A DNA stretch of 64,000 nt, taken from Chrysomallon squamiferum. Its lineage: Eukaryota > Animalia > Mollusca. Shown in pieces: positions 1-12,231 of the stretch. The DNA lies in contig CM022677.1 of the NCBI GenBank assembly GCA_012295275.1, positions 5,208,001-5,272,000 of the forward strand. Reading direction: 5' to 3'. How positions within the stretch are numbered: the first letter of the stretch is position 1; the number at the start of each line of letters is the position of its first letter. Below the pieces are notes generated by a model, which saw only the letters and a list, made by a program, of their open reading frames with translations, was not told the origin of the DNA and did no database searches. The position numbers were made by a program, and so were the translations under genes.

Positions 1-2014
1 CAAGACGTTAAGAACAATACTGGAACGACGGCAATGACGTCCTCATTAATAGAAAGAGTAATGATATTTTTTAACGTAGGATGTGGACACGAATTGCCAT
101 ACTTAATAAAAGGGAAAAGAATACTTTTTATTTTTTTTAGAACAGATGTTTTCAGATGTATTGGTAAGTTCCTGGACAATAATAAGCAACTTATTCTAGT
201 GTGAGTTGTAAGCTTTGTGGTTTTATTTGGTGCATTAATATAAAGTATAAGAATAAAGAAAAACTAGGTTAAAAAAAAAATAACAACACCGTTTATTTGA
301 AGTTTACGGTGAACGATTGGCTAATAATAAAAAAATAAATAAAGAAAGAAATAAAGAAATAAAAAAAGAACCACATCGATTTATAATTAGTATATTTTAA
401 TCAATTATTTTATTTTATTTGTTTTGAACATTAATTTAATATCTTTTTTTATTTTTTATTTTTTTAGTATCTTATTTGCGGAAAAATGCGGGATGATTTC
501 GGTCTTTGCGGATTTACTTTCTTGTTGGATGTTCGAAGAATAGTCTACAGAATTGGGATAATCGCATTATCATACAACAAAAAAGTTGCTTAATGTATTT
601 CATTTTGTGAAGGAGACAGGTATTACTATTTATTATTATAGTTGTTAATGTGTTTGGATATTTTTCGTTTTATTTAATTATAATTTAAAAGTCATACACG
701 TGATGGCAGCCATCTTATTTTGGAATAATATTTATTTATTTTTTTATTTATTTATTTTTGTTGTTGAAAATAACGACACTCGATTAATAATAAAATTCAC
801 CAGTGGTTGTACTAATGTGAACAGCATAAACAACGTCATATAAATAAGAAATCATGTTTAGTTATTACTTTTGTTTTACCAATCACTATCGGGGACTATG
901 ATATATCGGGGACAAATTTTGTGTGACCAGTAATTATTCATGCTCTATACATTATTAAGCATATTTAATTGATTTTTTAAACATATTAAAGGTTATAATG
1001 GGTGGGGCCATAAATGCTTTCATTATTTAAGCTAAATAACTGTATAGCTCTGTTAACAATAAAAACAAATAAAGATAAATACAAATTTAAGAAAAATATG
1101 ACCAGGTTATTTCATATGTAGACACTGTAAAGTATTAATAAAATTATTTTGTTATCTTCTTATTATTAGTACTACTTTTTGTTATTATTATGTTTTAATT
1201 TTTATTATTTATTTTTTTAATCTTTATTATTATTATTCATTTTCTTTTTCTTATCATTACTAATATTTGTTTACTTGGGATGTTTTCCAGGACATCTGGA
1301 GAAAATGTTCCAAATGAATTTAAAGAATTTTTCTATGAAAAATCAGATGTGACTGAAACATTTTATAAATTTCTCATCCAGCTACACAATCATTGACCAG
1401 AACCACACTGTAGAGTGCAAGTGCTGCTGGAATCCTATAATATGGATATATCAATGGTTTATAATTCAGCATAGACAGGAACAAGAAGGAAAGGGCAGAG
1501 CACCACTGTTGTTTACCATTAACATTAAATATTTTATGTATGTCATTGCAATATTATTCAAGTGCTGTTTAGAAAGGGAATTTACATTATGGAGAAAGAT
1601 GAATCAGCTGTACAAACACTGAGACTGCACAATTGCAAGTTGTGCGTTTTTTACCTTATTTTTATTTCTTAGCAAGTAAAATAAGTTTTATAGTAACAAC
1701 TTTTTACTGATTGTAAAATAGCATAATAATAATCATTTATTTGCTATTATTTTGTTAATTATTTAAATTATTACCATTATCAGCATTATCATTATAATGA
1801 TTATACAAAGTAGATCAAAAATATCCCACACCCCTTTGTGTCTGAATAATCCAGTAACTGGTACCAGTACAATTTAAATTTTAATAATAATAGAAACAAT
1901 ATTTATTTATAACACTTTATTATTTTTATTTTCAGAATGCACATTACAGCTCTAATTGATGTGCTGGTGTTGGCTAGTGAAGTTGTTTCAGTAGAAGGTG
2001 CTGTCCAGCACTGA

Positions 2015-2059
<45 letters not shown>

Positions 2060-2215
2060 GTTACAGTAATGATGATAATAAAAGTAGCATGTAGAGTTGC
2101 AGTAAATGTAGTAGTAGCAGTATTTTATTTATTTTATATTTTTTACAATATTTTATTGATTTATTTATTCACTCAAACTAGGCAGTGTGCCCACCAATGT
2201 GACTCTGACTCAGAG
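1..2215 (+). repeat. Third copy of the low-copy segment present in both palindrome arms (same orientation as ~31470-34460; reverse of ~48085-51230)
   Basis: Shared strings: aacaccgtttatttgaagtt, gatggcagccat, aacgacactcgattaataat, ggagaaaatgttccaaatgaatttaaagaat, caaactaggcagtg...caccaatgtgactctga. The first ~35 nt match the reverse complement of ~51200-51230. Confidence 0.85.
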
Positions 2216-3329
2216 TTGTTGATGAAAAGCTCAAGTTTGGTGACCTGGACATTGAATTTTTTGTTTACTATAATTATATTGATTCATGCTGACTTAATTT
2301 ATTGAATTGTTTAAATCAGAAATATCATTATTTACTGAATGACATTCAGATCTTTCATCATATATTTATAGGAATTGAAGAAATCAATATACTAAACTGT
2401 GGATTTAAACTGTTTGTTTTCAGAAGTTAAATCAGCTTGTTAAGGATAAACATATTCAAGAAATTGTTGATAAATACAAAGTTGAATTGACATTTTTGAA
2501 CACAGAGCAGCTCAAGTTTCCAGTAGAGCTAAAGTATTTGGTGCTGTCCAACAGGTATGTAAATACATTATATTACAATGTGAACTTTTCCATTTTATTT
2601 CAGTTTTAAATATTTCTTCAGTTATTACATGAAATTATTACATGAAATTATGTTTGGATGTCTCATATTTATTTTGTTTATCTTTTCTCACATTTAATAA
2701 CATAGGATCATTACATTCATCTCCAATTGTGTTAAGATTACAGATATGACATGTTTTCTGAGAATAGTAGACCATCGTCCAGTTTCAGTAGGAAATGTAC
2801 ATAAGACATTTGCATTCTTTTGAGACAGCAAAGTAAGATAGTTTTCTAATTTCAGTTCATTTTTTAAATGTTTATGGTTAATATCCAATTGGAGATGTTT
2901 CAATTTGATTTTTCCATAATTGTTGATATTGATAATGTAATATTTTGGATATTGTCAACGACAGTGCAGTCTGTTTACTGCTCCAGATGTTTCCTCGGCT
3001 GAAAAACACTTGTTCAAAACATCATTAGTAATTTCTTGTCCTTGAGAGTGTAATTCTTCTATTGTACTACCTGTTTCATCAACATTGCTTTTAAGAGTTT
3101 TCAAAAAATGAAATAAAGAATCAATTGACCATCTCTGCTTACTGTTGTTCAGAATTGACAAATACTCTTTGGGATTTTCAGTTTTTGTTTAATAGATATC
3201 CTTATTCCCTAACAGCTCTATTTAGTGTTTGTTTATATGGATTCTCTTTATACTTCAAGTCAGCTTTCAATATGTTTCCACCATATTGTTTATATCTTCT
3301 TCTGTAGGTGGGTTTCTTCCCAGATGTTT

Positions 3330-5238
3330 TTGTAATGAAGTCAGCCCTGATGCAGCTTGGTAAGTTTTTCATTTTTATATGTTGTAACTTTGGACAGCTT
3401 TCAGACATCCCACAGGAAGTCTTCTGTGCTCTTTACTATCATATCTTTGTACATGTACTGGGGGGGAGGCTATAAATGCAGAAGTTACAAATCAAATGGG
3501 CTTTTTGTCACACCAATTGCTGCTACAATTCCTTTGAACAATAGTTCAAACTGCCTTTTGAAATTTGATGTTTTGATCAAATATTTTTTTGAAAAAGTTT
3601 ATGATTTGTCATTAGGCCACTAGGCAGATTCCTCTCTTTTCCAGCAAAAACTCACACAAATATACACTAGTGTAGAGTCTGTCTGTAAACACACAGTAAT
3701 GCTGGTCATGAAACGGTTCGAACATACAAACAATAAGGTTTCCAGTCATACTAAGATTTTCAATGTTTTCAGCATCCTTCCTCCCACCTGAATATACTTC
3801 AGCATTTGTAATGTAGCCATTCGCACTGTCACAAACTAGGAAGGGTTTGATACCCCACTTTATCGGTTTATCTTTGATATACTATTTTGTAGATTGGAAG
3901 TTTTTTTATCGGAATCATTCCTTTGTCAAGTGACAGATTGCTTCTTGGTATATAATGCAGCCAGAATTTTTCCAATAAGTGACTGAACATGGGCCATGAT
4001 TTTGTAATTCTTATCAGATTTGTCTAGCTCTGGGTCTAATTCATTTACACTACGTAGCATAGACCATATTGCTAAAAATCTGTGGAAATGCAGTCATGAT
4101 GGTCAAGACAGTTTCCGTATCTCGCCAAAATTGTCCAAAGTGGTCCTTGTGAATAATCATTTCCATTGCTACTTGAGAGCAAAAAAATGTTTTTATCTCT
4201 GTTAGTGACAAGGCCTGAGAACTAAAGGATTTAGAATACTAATGTGAGGTTTTGCTTCTCTGACATATTCTTAGTTTCAAAAACAAAGAGCTGCCACAAA
4301 ACATCATTCATTTCATTCATACACTGACACTGATCTACGTGAGGCTGAGAATTCTGTTGCACATCTCAATGACCGCATCCTCTACCACAACCACAACCCC
4401 CCAACAGGTTGTAAAACATCACCATCTGGGCTGTGATTATCAACAGAATCATTTTCATTTTCACCTTCATTTGCATTCATGTTTTTATTACTTTATCACA
4501 ATAGCACAATCATTCATAATCACACAGCTCTGCTTAACTGCTTGGCTTGTTTCTGTTGTGCAGCTATTGCAAGCTTTCTTTTCTTGTCTATGCTGCTCAG
4601 TGGTTGAGTTGTTTCTGGTAGAGGTAGAATTATTTCAGGTAGAGGTTGAGTTTTTTCTGGTAGAGGTTGAGTTGTTTCTGATAGAGGTTGAGTCCTTTCT
4701 GGTAGAGGTTGAGTTGTTTCTGGTAGAGGTTGAATCGTTTCTGATAGAGGTTGAGTTCTTTCTGGTAGGTGTTCTCTGGATAACATCATGTGATGCCAAA
4801 TAAGGTTGTATAAGGTGACTGTTTTATTCCAGCATTGAAACTCAAGTTCTTGCAAAACCGAACAAATTTAACACCAACAGTCCCATCAGAGCTATCAAAG
4901 CAGTGTAATCTTAGTGTTGCTTTAAGGACACAGCTGATTAGTACAAAACAAAGACAACTAAGTTCAAAGCAGATGTAAAATAAACAATTGTAAGAACTGT
5001 TCACAAAGGACACCACCTGATTAGTACAAAACAAAAACAAAACATGAAAAAACAAACAAACAAAAGATTTTTTTACTATAGTTGACATATTGACTGAATT
5101 CACAATTCCCTATCAGGCAATCTGTCAAACTGAGGGCACTCATTTTCAGTCATCTGGCCAAATGACTGGTTTGACACATTGACTGTAACACATATACTAT
5201 ATGCTCAGGCTGGAAAACTGCCCTGCAGGTTCAAAGGG
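3330..5238 (-). mobile_element. piggyBac-family DNA transposon remnant (PGBD4-like transposase pseudogene), 3'-truncated, inserted in the LINE
   Basis: Minus strand reads HYIPRSNLSLDKGMIPIK..YIKDKPIKWGIKPFLVCDSANGYITNAEVYSG..VFTDRLYTSVYLCEFLLEKRGI, the piggyBac catalytic core. Terminus TTAA|CCCTTTG (plus strand ggg 5236-5238, ttaa 5239-5242). The other TIR was not found. Confidence 0.88.
4600..4770. repeat. 21-bp tandem repeat (~8 copies) inside the piggyBac 5' region
   Basis: Unit ggttgagttgtttctggtaga; gives the 7-aa period ETTQPLP in the ORF track. Confidence 0.9.
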
Positions 5239-5715
5239 TTAATATATTTAACAAGTTCAAGTTCAAATACATCATCAGTGATTAAACCACTCTATTCATT
5301 TTCTTCCATAATAATAAAATCATTATCATCAGCTGTTGAAGTCACCAGTAAGACAGATCATGTTGAACAATATTCTTTTGAATAACAAGAATTCTCTGGT
5401 GGAATATATACAATATCCTTTAAAATATTATCATCTGTGTGTAAAACCCTGCCTTCTGTGCCCAGCCACATAATACATTTACACTGTGATTCAGTAATAC
5501 TTAGTGGTGGTTTAAGAAATGTAGTATCTCTGAGCTTACTTACCAAACCTCAAATCTCAAATCTATTATGTTTTAAACTTATGATTTTTGTGTGGGGTAT
5601 TTTTACAAATGAGAGAGTTTTCTGACATTTGCTCAACAATGTTTTCGCTTGGTAAGACTTGTCCTCCTCCATTGTTGTATTGCACTGAGTGAACTGACTT
5701 GTCTCAGTCAAAGTT

Positions 5716-6186
5716 TCGTTTGTGTTGTGTGATCTCTGTTGTCTTGTTTCTGTTGACTGAGTTGTTATGTTTGTGTTGTGTGATCTCTGTTGTCTTGTTT
5801 CTGTTGACTGAGTTGTTATGTTTGTGTTGTGTGATCTCTGTTGTCTTGTTTCTGTTCACTGAGTTGTTATGTTTGTGTTGTGTGATCTCTGTTGTCTTGT
5901 TTCTGTTGACTGAGTTGTTATGTTTGTGTTGTGTGATCTCTGTTGTCTTGTTTCTGTTCACTGAGTTGTTATGTTTGTGTTGTGTGATCTCTGTTGTCTT
6001 GTTTCTGTTCACTGAGTTGTTATGTTTGTGTTGTGTGATCTCTGTTGTCTTGTTTCTGTTCACTGAGTTGTTATGTTTGTGTTGTGTGATCTCTGTTGTC
6101 TTGTTTCTGTTGACTGAGTTGTTATGTTTGTGTTGTGTGATCTCTGTTGTCTTGTTTCTGTTGACTGAGTTGTTATGTTTGTGTTA
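5716..6186. repeat. 51-bp minisatellite (~9 near-perfect copies) between LINE ORF1 and ORF2
   Basis: Unit gtttgtgttgtgtgatctctgttgtcttgtttctgtt(g/c)actgagttgttat; 17-aa period in the ORFs on both strands. Confidence 0.95.
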
Positions 6187-7629
6187 CTGGCTTCTGGCCT
6201 GACCTCTCCCAGTGTAAACAGCCTGACCTCGATATACAGTTTATCACCATTTATAGCTATTGAACTACCTCCCCAGTCAATTTGCTCTGTGAAAGTCAAT
6301 ATTATTTTCTACTTTCATTTCATTTTTTTATAAACATTTTCAACTCCTCATCTGTGTCTTTCTCTGGTATCTCACTAAAGATTAAATCGTCACGTATGAA
6401 GCGAGTTTGTAGATCATTGTGTTTTTCTCTTAAGTTTCTAAACTCAGTTTTTAATTCACATATTTGTTGTTTCATACTATTATTATTATCTCACATTTCA
6501 CGAGCAGAATTGGTGTTGACTGATAAAATGGTGCAGATGAACATCTTGTTATTCTGTGTATTCGACATCCTTGTAATAGCGACTTCTTGACCAGCTTGGC
6601 TACTGCTTATTTTATCACATGTATGTGTATTGTTGGCTTTGTTTTATATACATTTTAACATTTACATAAAGGATTCACTATTGTAACTATTAGCTGAATG
6701 CATAGGATGATTGTGGTTTATTTATTCGTTAGTGGCAAAAAATTAATTATATTAAAGTGGCAGGAAAGAATATTACAATTAAATATTTTAATAATCAAAT
6801 AATTTATTATAAATGATGTAACTATAATGATTGTTTAAGGTTAATTAAAGATTGTAAGAATAATCTCAAATGTATTTTCATTATGTTAGTATTTCAAGTA
6901 GAATCAGCATTAGAAGACCATTTTACTTACTGACTAATGTAATGCGATATAGGATTAAAATTTATTTACTTAATATTCCTCGCAGTCATCGTAAACTGGA
7001 CTAAAAGTCTAAAACAGTGTAAATATAAAAAATTTGCAAGTTAATAGAATTATTCAAATATACTGAAGTATTGCTCTTTTAATCATTTTATATCAAAGTT
7101 AAAAAATAATATTAAACTGATTGAAATTAAGAATATAAAAACACTTAATAAATTATTTTTATTATTAAAATTGGATGGAAAAATAAAAATGTGGACTAAA
7201 ATTGTTCTTGCTAAGACAGTGAAATGCAGTTAGAACTGACAACAAAAATACTACTTGCACTTTATTTTATGTTTAGTTTATTAATGAATATCCTAGACAA
7301 CAGATTCAAGCTGCCCTAGCCAGCACTTCAGTTGAAAATGTTGTAAGACACATTTTCAGAAAAGGTTCACTAGAGTACCAGAATGCTTTTACATCACAGT
7401 CTTCCCTGTCCAGAGAATGCCATCTTTGTAAATAAGCTAAAATGAATATGATATTGCATAGCGGTGTTAATTTTCATTATCATCTAATTATTTGAAGCAT
7501 TGAAATTAGAATATATTTAAAATTTTGTAATTAGGAGTCATTAGAATTTTTTATAAAAAAATTATTTAAAAAAACCACAAAAAACATTTGCAAAAAAACA
7601 ACAAAACATTTCTTTTATCTTTTTTTAGA

Positions 7630-8620
7630 AATCATTATTATTTGAAATCAAGGGCTTGCTGTGGGTAATCTTGTAAATATAATTGAAGAGTATGTAATTA
7701 AGGGTAATTTAATTTTTTTATAAAAATAAAGAATAAGAAAAAGAAAATGATTTTGTTTTCTTTATATTATTTAAATCAGGGGAAAATCAAGGGTTTGCTG
7801 GGGTACTCAATGTAAATATAATTGAAGATTGTGTTATTAGGGTTAATTAGAATTTTTATAAAAAATAAAAAGCATTTGTTTTTTTACTGTTATTTAAATC
7901 ACAGGATTTTCAAGGGTTTGCTGAGGTAATCAGTCTAAATATTTTTTTGAAATTATGTAACTGGGGGTAATCAAACTTTTTCAAAAGAAAAAACTAAACA
8001 TTTGTTTCTTTACATTATTTAAATCAGGAAAATCAAGGGTTTGCTGGGGGTAATTTGGTAAATATAATTGAAGAAAATATAATTAGGGGTAAAGTGAATT
8101 TTTTATTAAAAAAAAGAAAAAGAAAAGAATTTTGATTTCTTTATATTATTTAAATAACAGGGATTTCAAGGGTTTGCTGGGGTTAATCATTGTCTAAATA
8201 TTTTTAAAATGATGTAATTAGGGATAATTATAATTTTTACATTTCTTTACATTATTTAAATCAGAGGAAAATCAAGAGTTTGTTGTGTAATCAGTGTAAA
8301 TATATTTAATATTATGTAATCACTGTGTATGTATTTCTAAAATTGTGTAATTAAGGGTAAAAAGAAAGAAAAAGAAATCTAGAATTTGTTTTTTCTTTAT
8401 ATTATTTAAGTCGTAGGAAATCAAGGGTTTGTTAGGGGTAATTAATGTATAACTGAATATTATGTAATTAGGGATAATTATAAAAATTTGTTTGTTAAAA
8501 ACAATTTTTTATTTCTTTGTAGTATTTAAATCAGGGCTAAATCAAGGGTTTGTTGGTGGTAATTAATGTTAATATAATTTAAGCTTTACTAATTAGAGGT
8601 GATTAGAAATTTTTTGATAG
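7630..8620. repeat. Degenerate satellite-like tandem array, period ~110-150 bp, ~8 copies
   Basis: Recurring attatttaaatcag..aaatcaagggtttgctggggtaat..gtaaatataattgaa..tgtaattaggg near 7640, 7770, 7890, 8015, 8145, 8250, 8400 and 8520. Confidence 0.85.
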
Positions 8621-9552
8621 AAAATAATAAACAATATATTTCTAATGAAAATTGTTAAGTAAATTATAATTTGGCTTTTCCATTTTAGAAAGAATAATAG
8701 AACAATTTCAATAAGGAATCTTTAAAACCAGGAAATAATAATTTTAAAATGATACAAAATAAAATAAAATAAGAGAAAAAAAAATGTACATAAATGACAT
8801 TTTTCCAAGTATTTTATAATTTGCCTTTTACGTTTTGGAAAAATTAAAAAAATTAGTGCAAAAATGTACAAATGGAAATGTCTTCCAATGTTTATAATCT
8901 GTATTTTCTCTTTAATTTAATTAAACAAAACTAGGAAAAAAAAAAAAAGAAAACAGAAGAAAATAATATTAATCTCTTTAAAAAATGAAGTACAAACTGG
9001 TATTTAATGTTTCCAAGCTGAATCAAAATTAAAGCTGGTTTGTTTGTTCAAAAATCTAGCACCTCCTGTTTTGTTATAGTGTAATTGGTAGACATCACTA
9101 GCAGTTGCCCTGCACAAGTTATCATCTGGAGAAAGAAACTTGTTTACTTAAGCAACAGTAGCAGGGGTCCTAATACAGACTTAAGGCAATCTGGTAAAAA
9201 AGTTCAGAAATGCATATGACAACAAAATAATTCAAATAGTCCCTTACTATCTTTGCTTTTAAGAATTATAATAAATATGTCTCCAGCTTTCAGATTCCAA
9301 TTTTCATTGTTTATTCTAAGAGATATTGTAAAATTAGGCAGATTCAGTACTTTAAATACTTTTAGCAATGCTTTGAGTTTTTGCTTAACAATAAAATATA
9401 GCCAGGTTGTGTTACTTAAAATTAGAAATGTTAAGGAACATTCAAATAATTTTTAAAAATATAAGAAAAAAATAAAGCATAGTCTTTGTATGTTTTTATT
9501 TTTATTATGTATATATTGATCAACGTCTTCTGTACTTATAATCTGTATTTAT

Positions 9553-9608
<56 letters not shown>

Positions 9609-10783
9609 CTCTTTACACTCAGTCTTTTTTGTATATTTACAAACACGTTAAAGTTATTTACCTTTAGTAAAAACAATGAATTTTCATACAACATGTACAA
9701 ATTTATTTCAAAAATGTGCATTTTAAGACAAAACTAAAGACCACTTTTCTAACAATGCATTCCAATTATAAATTACTGTGACATATGCCTTAAAGATTTT
9801 GTACTATGAACCCATTTCACTTTTATTTGATAATATAACAGGCTGTCACAATGACGCCATAATCAAGCAAATTAATTTTTAATTCTTTAAATTTTATTAT
9901 TATTATTTCTTTAAAATAAAAATTACTGCAAATCTATTTTAAAAAAGACTTGGTTTTAATAGTGCTAAAATTATTTTTTAATCTGATTAATTTCAGCTAT
10001 CTACAAATGTCTTTTAATGTTAATAACAATTCAAAATCAATAATATAAGAATAAATTATTAAAAAATCCAGTTAATAATTCTGTTTTTTATCTCTATTTT
10101 TATATCATTTTTCTTGTGTTTTTTTGAAAAGACAACAACCATCAAATAACATTGAACTTGTATTTATTTATACATAAACAAGGACACTGTCTTTCGCATG
10201 CAGCAGTTATTAACTCTTTCTCACAGAACATGCATTTACCAACTCATCCTTTCACATTCACATCTGTCTCTCTATGTTTGCATCTATTTCTCCTACCATG
10301 CCCTCTGAAAACACATACACACACACACACAGAGACAAATTTCTACTAATTTTATTTTGAAATTTTAATTTTTACGTTATCAGATATTGCACTAAATAAG
10401 ACTAAAAATACACAGATTATGAAATAACATTATATGCTGTTTCACATTCTACAAACACAAACACAAGTAAATATATAAATTGAAATAACAATAAAAGAGG
10501 AAAAATAAAGTAGATGATAAACAAATAGAAACATTTTAATTAAGAAAGAAAAAGAAAGAATAAATAAATAAATAAATAAATAAAGTATGTTACGTGTAAA
10601 TAGTATATTAAAATATGGATTCCTACCGTCAGTGTGTGGCCTAAGGTCAGGGGGTAAATGTGTCACAAGCTGTATTCACAGCACGCCAAAAATAACTGCT
10701 CCAAAGACGACGCTACAAAGAAACCCAGTTCTTCGTTTTTGACAGTCACTTGAATACTTTTATACCGACTTATGAACTAGAAA

Positions 10784-10858
<75 letters not shown>

Positions 10859-10956
10859 GTTGATGGAATACTTTCCAATTTTAGTTTTCTTGGATATGTG
10901 TATTTTTATATTTTTATTTATTTATTTATTTATTATTACTGTTGTTTTTTATGTTG

Positions 10957-10997
<41 letters not shown>

Positions 10998-12231
10998 TTT
11001 ATATTTTGCTGTGTTGATGTTATCAGTTTTAGTATTGAGTTTGACCTCATGATAAATAAATCAATTTATTTCACGTACATCGATTATTAAGTTAAATAGG
11101 TGCAGATAGAAAGGTCTGTAAACGTTATATCTAATCAAACACTGCACAGTTTTCTAAGAGTCCTTTTAAAAATCCAGATAATTTTTTGAACAACACACAC
11201 GCACACATTTCAATCTTTTTCTTATTCACCATATTATCTGAATGTTTAATTACTGTTTGATAGTATGTGCATGTGTATGTATATGTGCACACACATACAC
11301 ACATACATTCATACATGGATATGTACATATTTCTGTTCTTCTTGTTTTGGAATACCGGAAAAAAAGAAGAAGAAATAACAAATAAATAAATACATAACTA
11401 AAAGCTAGGAAAACTACAAAAAATTTCTATCCAGTGGTTAAATACAGTATTTTTCTGTATCCTTCTACAAACGAATCGCTGTGTCTATTATTAGTACATG
11501 AATGAGATACTCTGATAACCATTGTAATTTTAATTAATCTTCAGATATTATATACTACGTTAGTTATGATTTTTATTGCTGTTTACCACAAGATCAAAAA
11601 TCTTTCAGAATTTTTTAATTATTATTATTATTATTATTATCAAAAGAAAGATAAGCATTGAAGCTTACAACCGTTCCTTTTTTGAGTTGGTATCTTCTTC
11701 TCACTGTGTGTCGTCTGTCAAAACCAACTTCAGTCACAAGTTGAAATTGCAGAGGACTACAGAACTATTTCCGGATATTACATTTTTCATTAAGAAAAAA
11801 ATATCGATTTAGATATTTATTTACCATCACTACTACTGAGAAATTACCTGCAGGGCTTACGATACAACAAATTTTAAAATAAAATTTAAAACTTTGTTAT
11901 ATCGTATATGTTTATTTATTTATTTATTATTATTTTTTTATTATTATTCAGTAGCAATGTCATTTGTTTATTCTGAGATTTTGAAACCTGACGTTATAAT
12001 TATAACACAGAATACATTACTTCGCTGAAGGTTCCATTTCTTTTACTTTACACCTACGAGTTGGAGCATGACTAGCGAAATTACCTTGCAGCATTCTTGT
12101 ACACTCAGATGTTTATTTTGTTGTTTTCTTACTACAGTCAGTGGTTTTCAACTGGTGTTCTTTGTTATCTCTAAATATTTATTATTATTATTGTTGTTGT
12201 TGTTGTTGTTGTTGTTGTTATATTCACAGAC

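Larger units (their letters stand above)
2650..6600 (-). mobile_element. Degenerate non-LTR retrotransposon (CR1/L2-like LINE): ORF1 remnant, APE endonuclease remnant, ORF2 linker and C-terminal remnant; RT core deleted
   Basis: Minus-strand translations: ORF1-like DLQTRFIRDDLIFSEIPEK and INGDKLYIE (~6210-6500); endonuclease GLVSKLRD, VYIPPENS, LTGDFNS (~5245-5600); linker LNKCFSAEETSGAVNRL (~2960-3330); C-terminal KLENYLTLL...FPTETGRWS (~2700-2900). Many stops and frameshifts. Confidence 0.8.
2424..7435 (+). other. Putative two terminal exons of an unidentified gene (2424-2554 and 7297-7435) flanking a TE-filled intron
   Basis: ttttcag|AAG...AACAG|gtatgt (phase 2) joins cctag|A-CAA... in frame: KLNQLVKDKHIQEIVDKYKVELTFLNTEQLKFPVELKYLVLSNR-QQIQAALASTSVENVVRHIFRKGSLEYQNAFTSQSSLSRECHLCK*. 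No family recognised. Confidence 0.35.

Noticed and set aside
5716-6186. CRISPR-like appearance of regular repeats (also the 39-, 69- and 71-bp arrays)
   Set aside because: Head-to-tail units with no unique spacers, no cas genes, eukaryotic DNA.
5699-6299. Repetitive ORFs on both strands (TELLCLCCVISVVLFLL / NRNKTTEITQHKHNNSV)
   Set aside because: Translations of a 51-bp minisatellite; no gene context.
9060-9190. Minus-strand SVLGPLLL resembling an RT motif
   Set aside because: Too short, followed by a stop, and no supporting motifs at the expected spacing.
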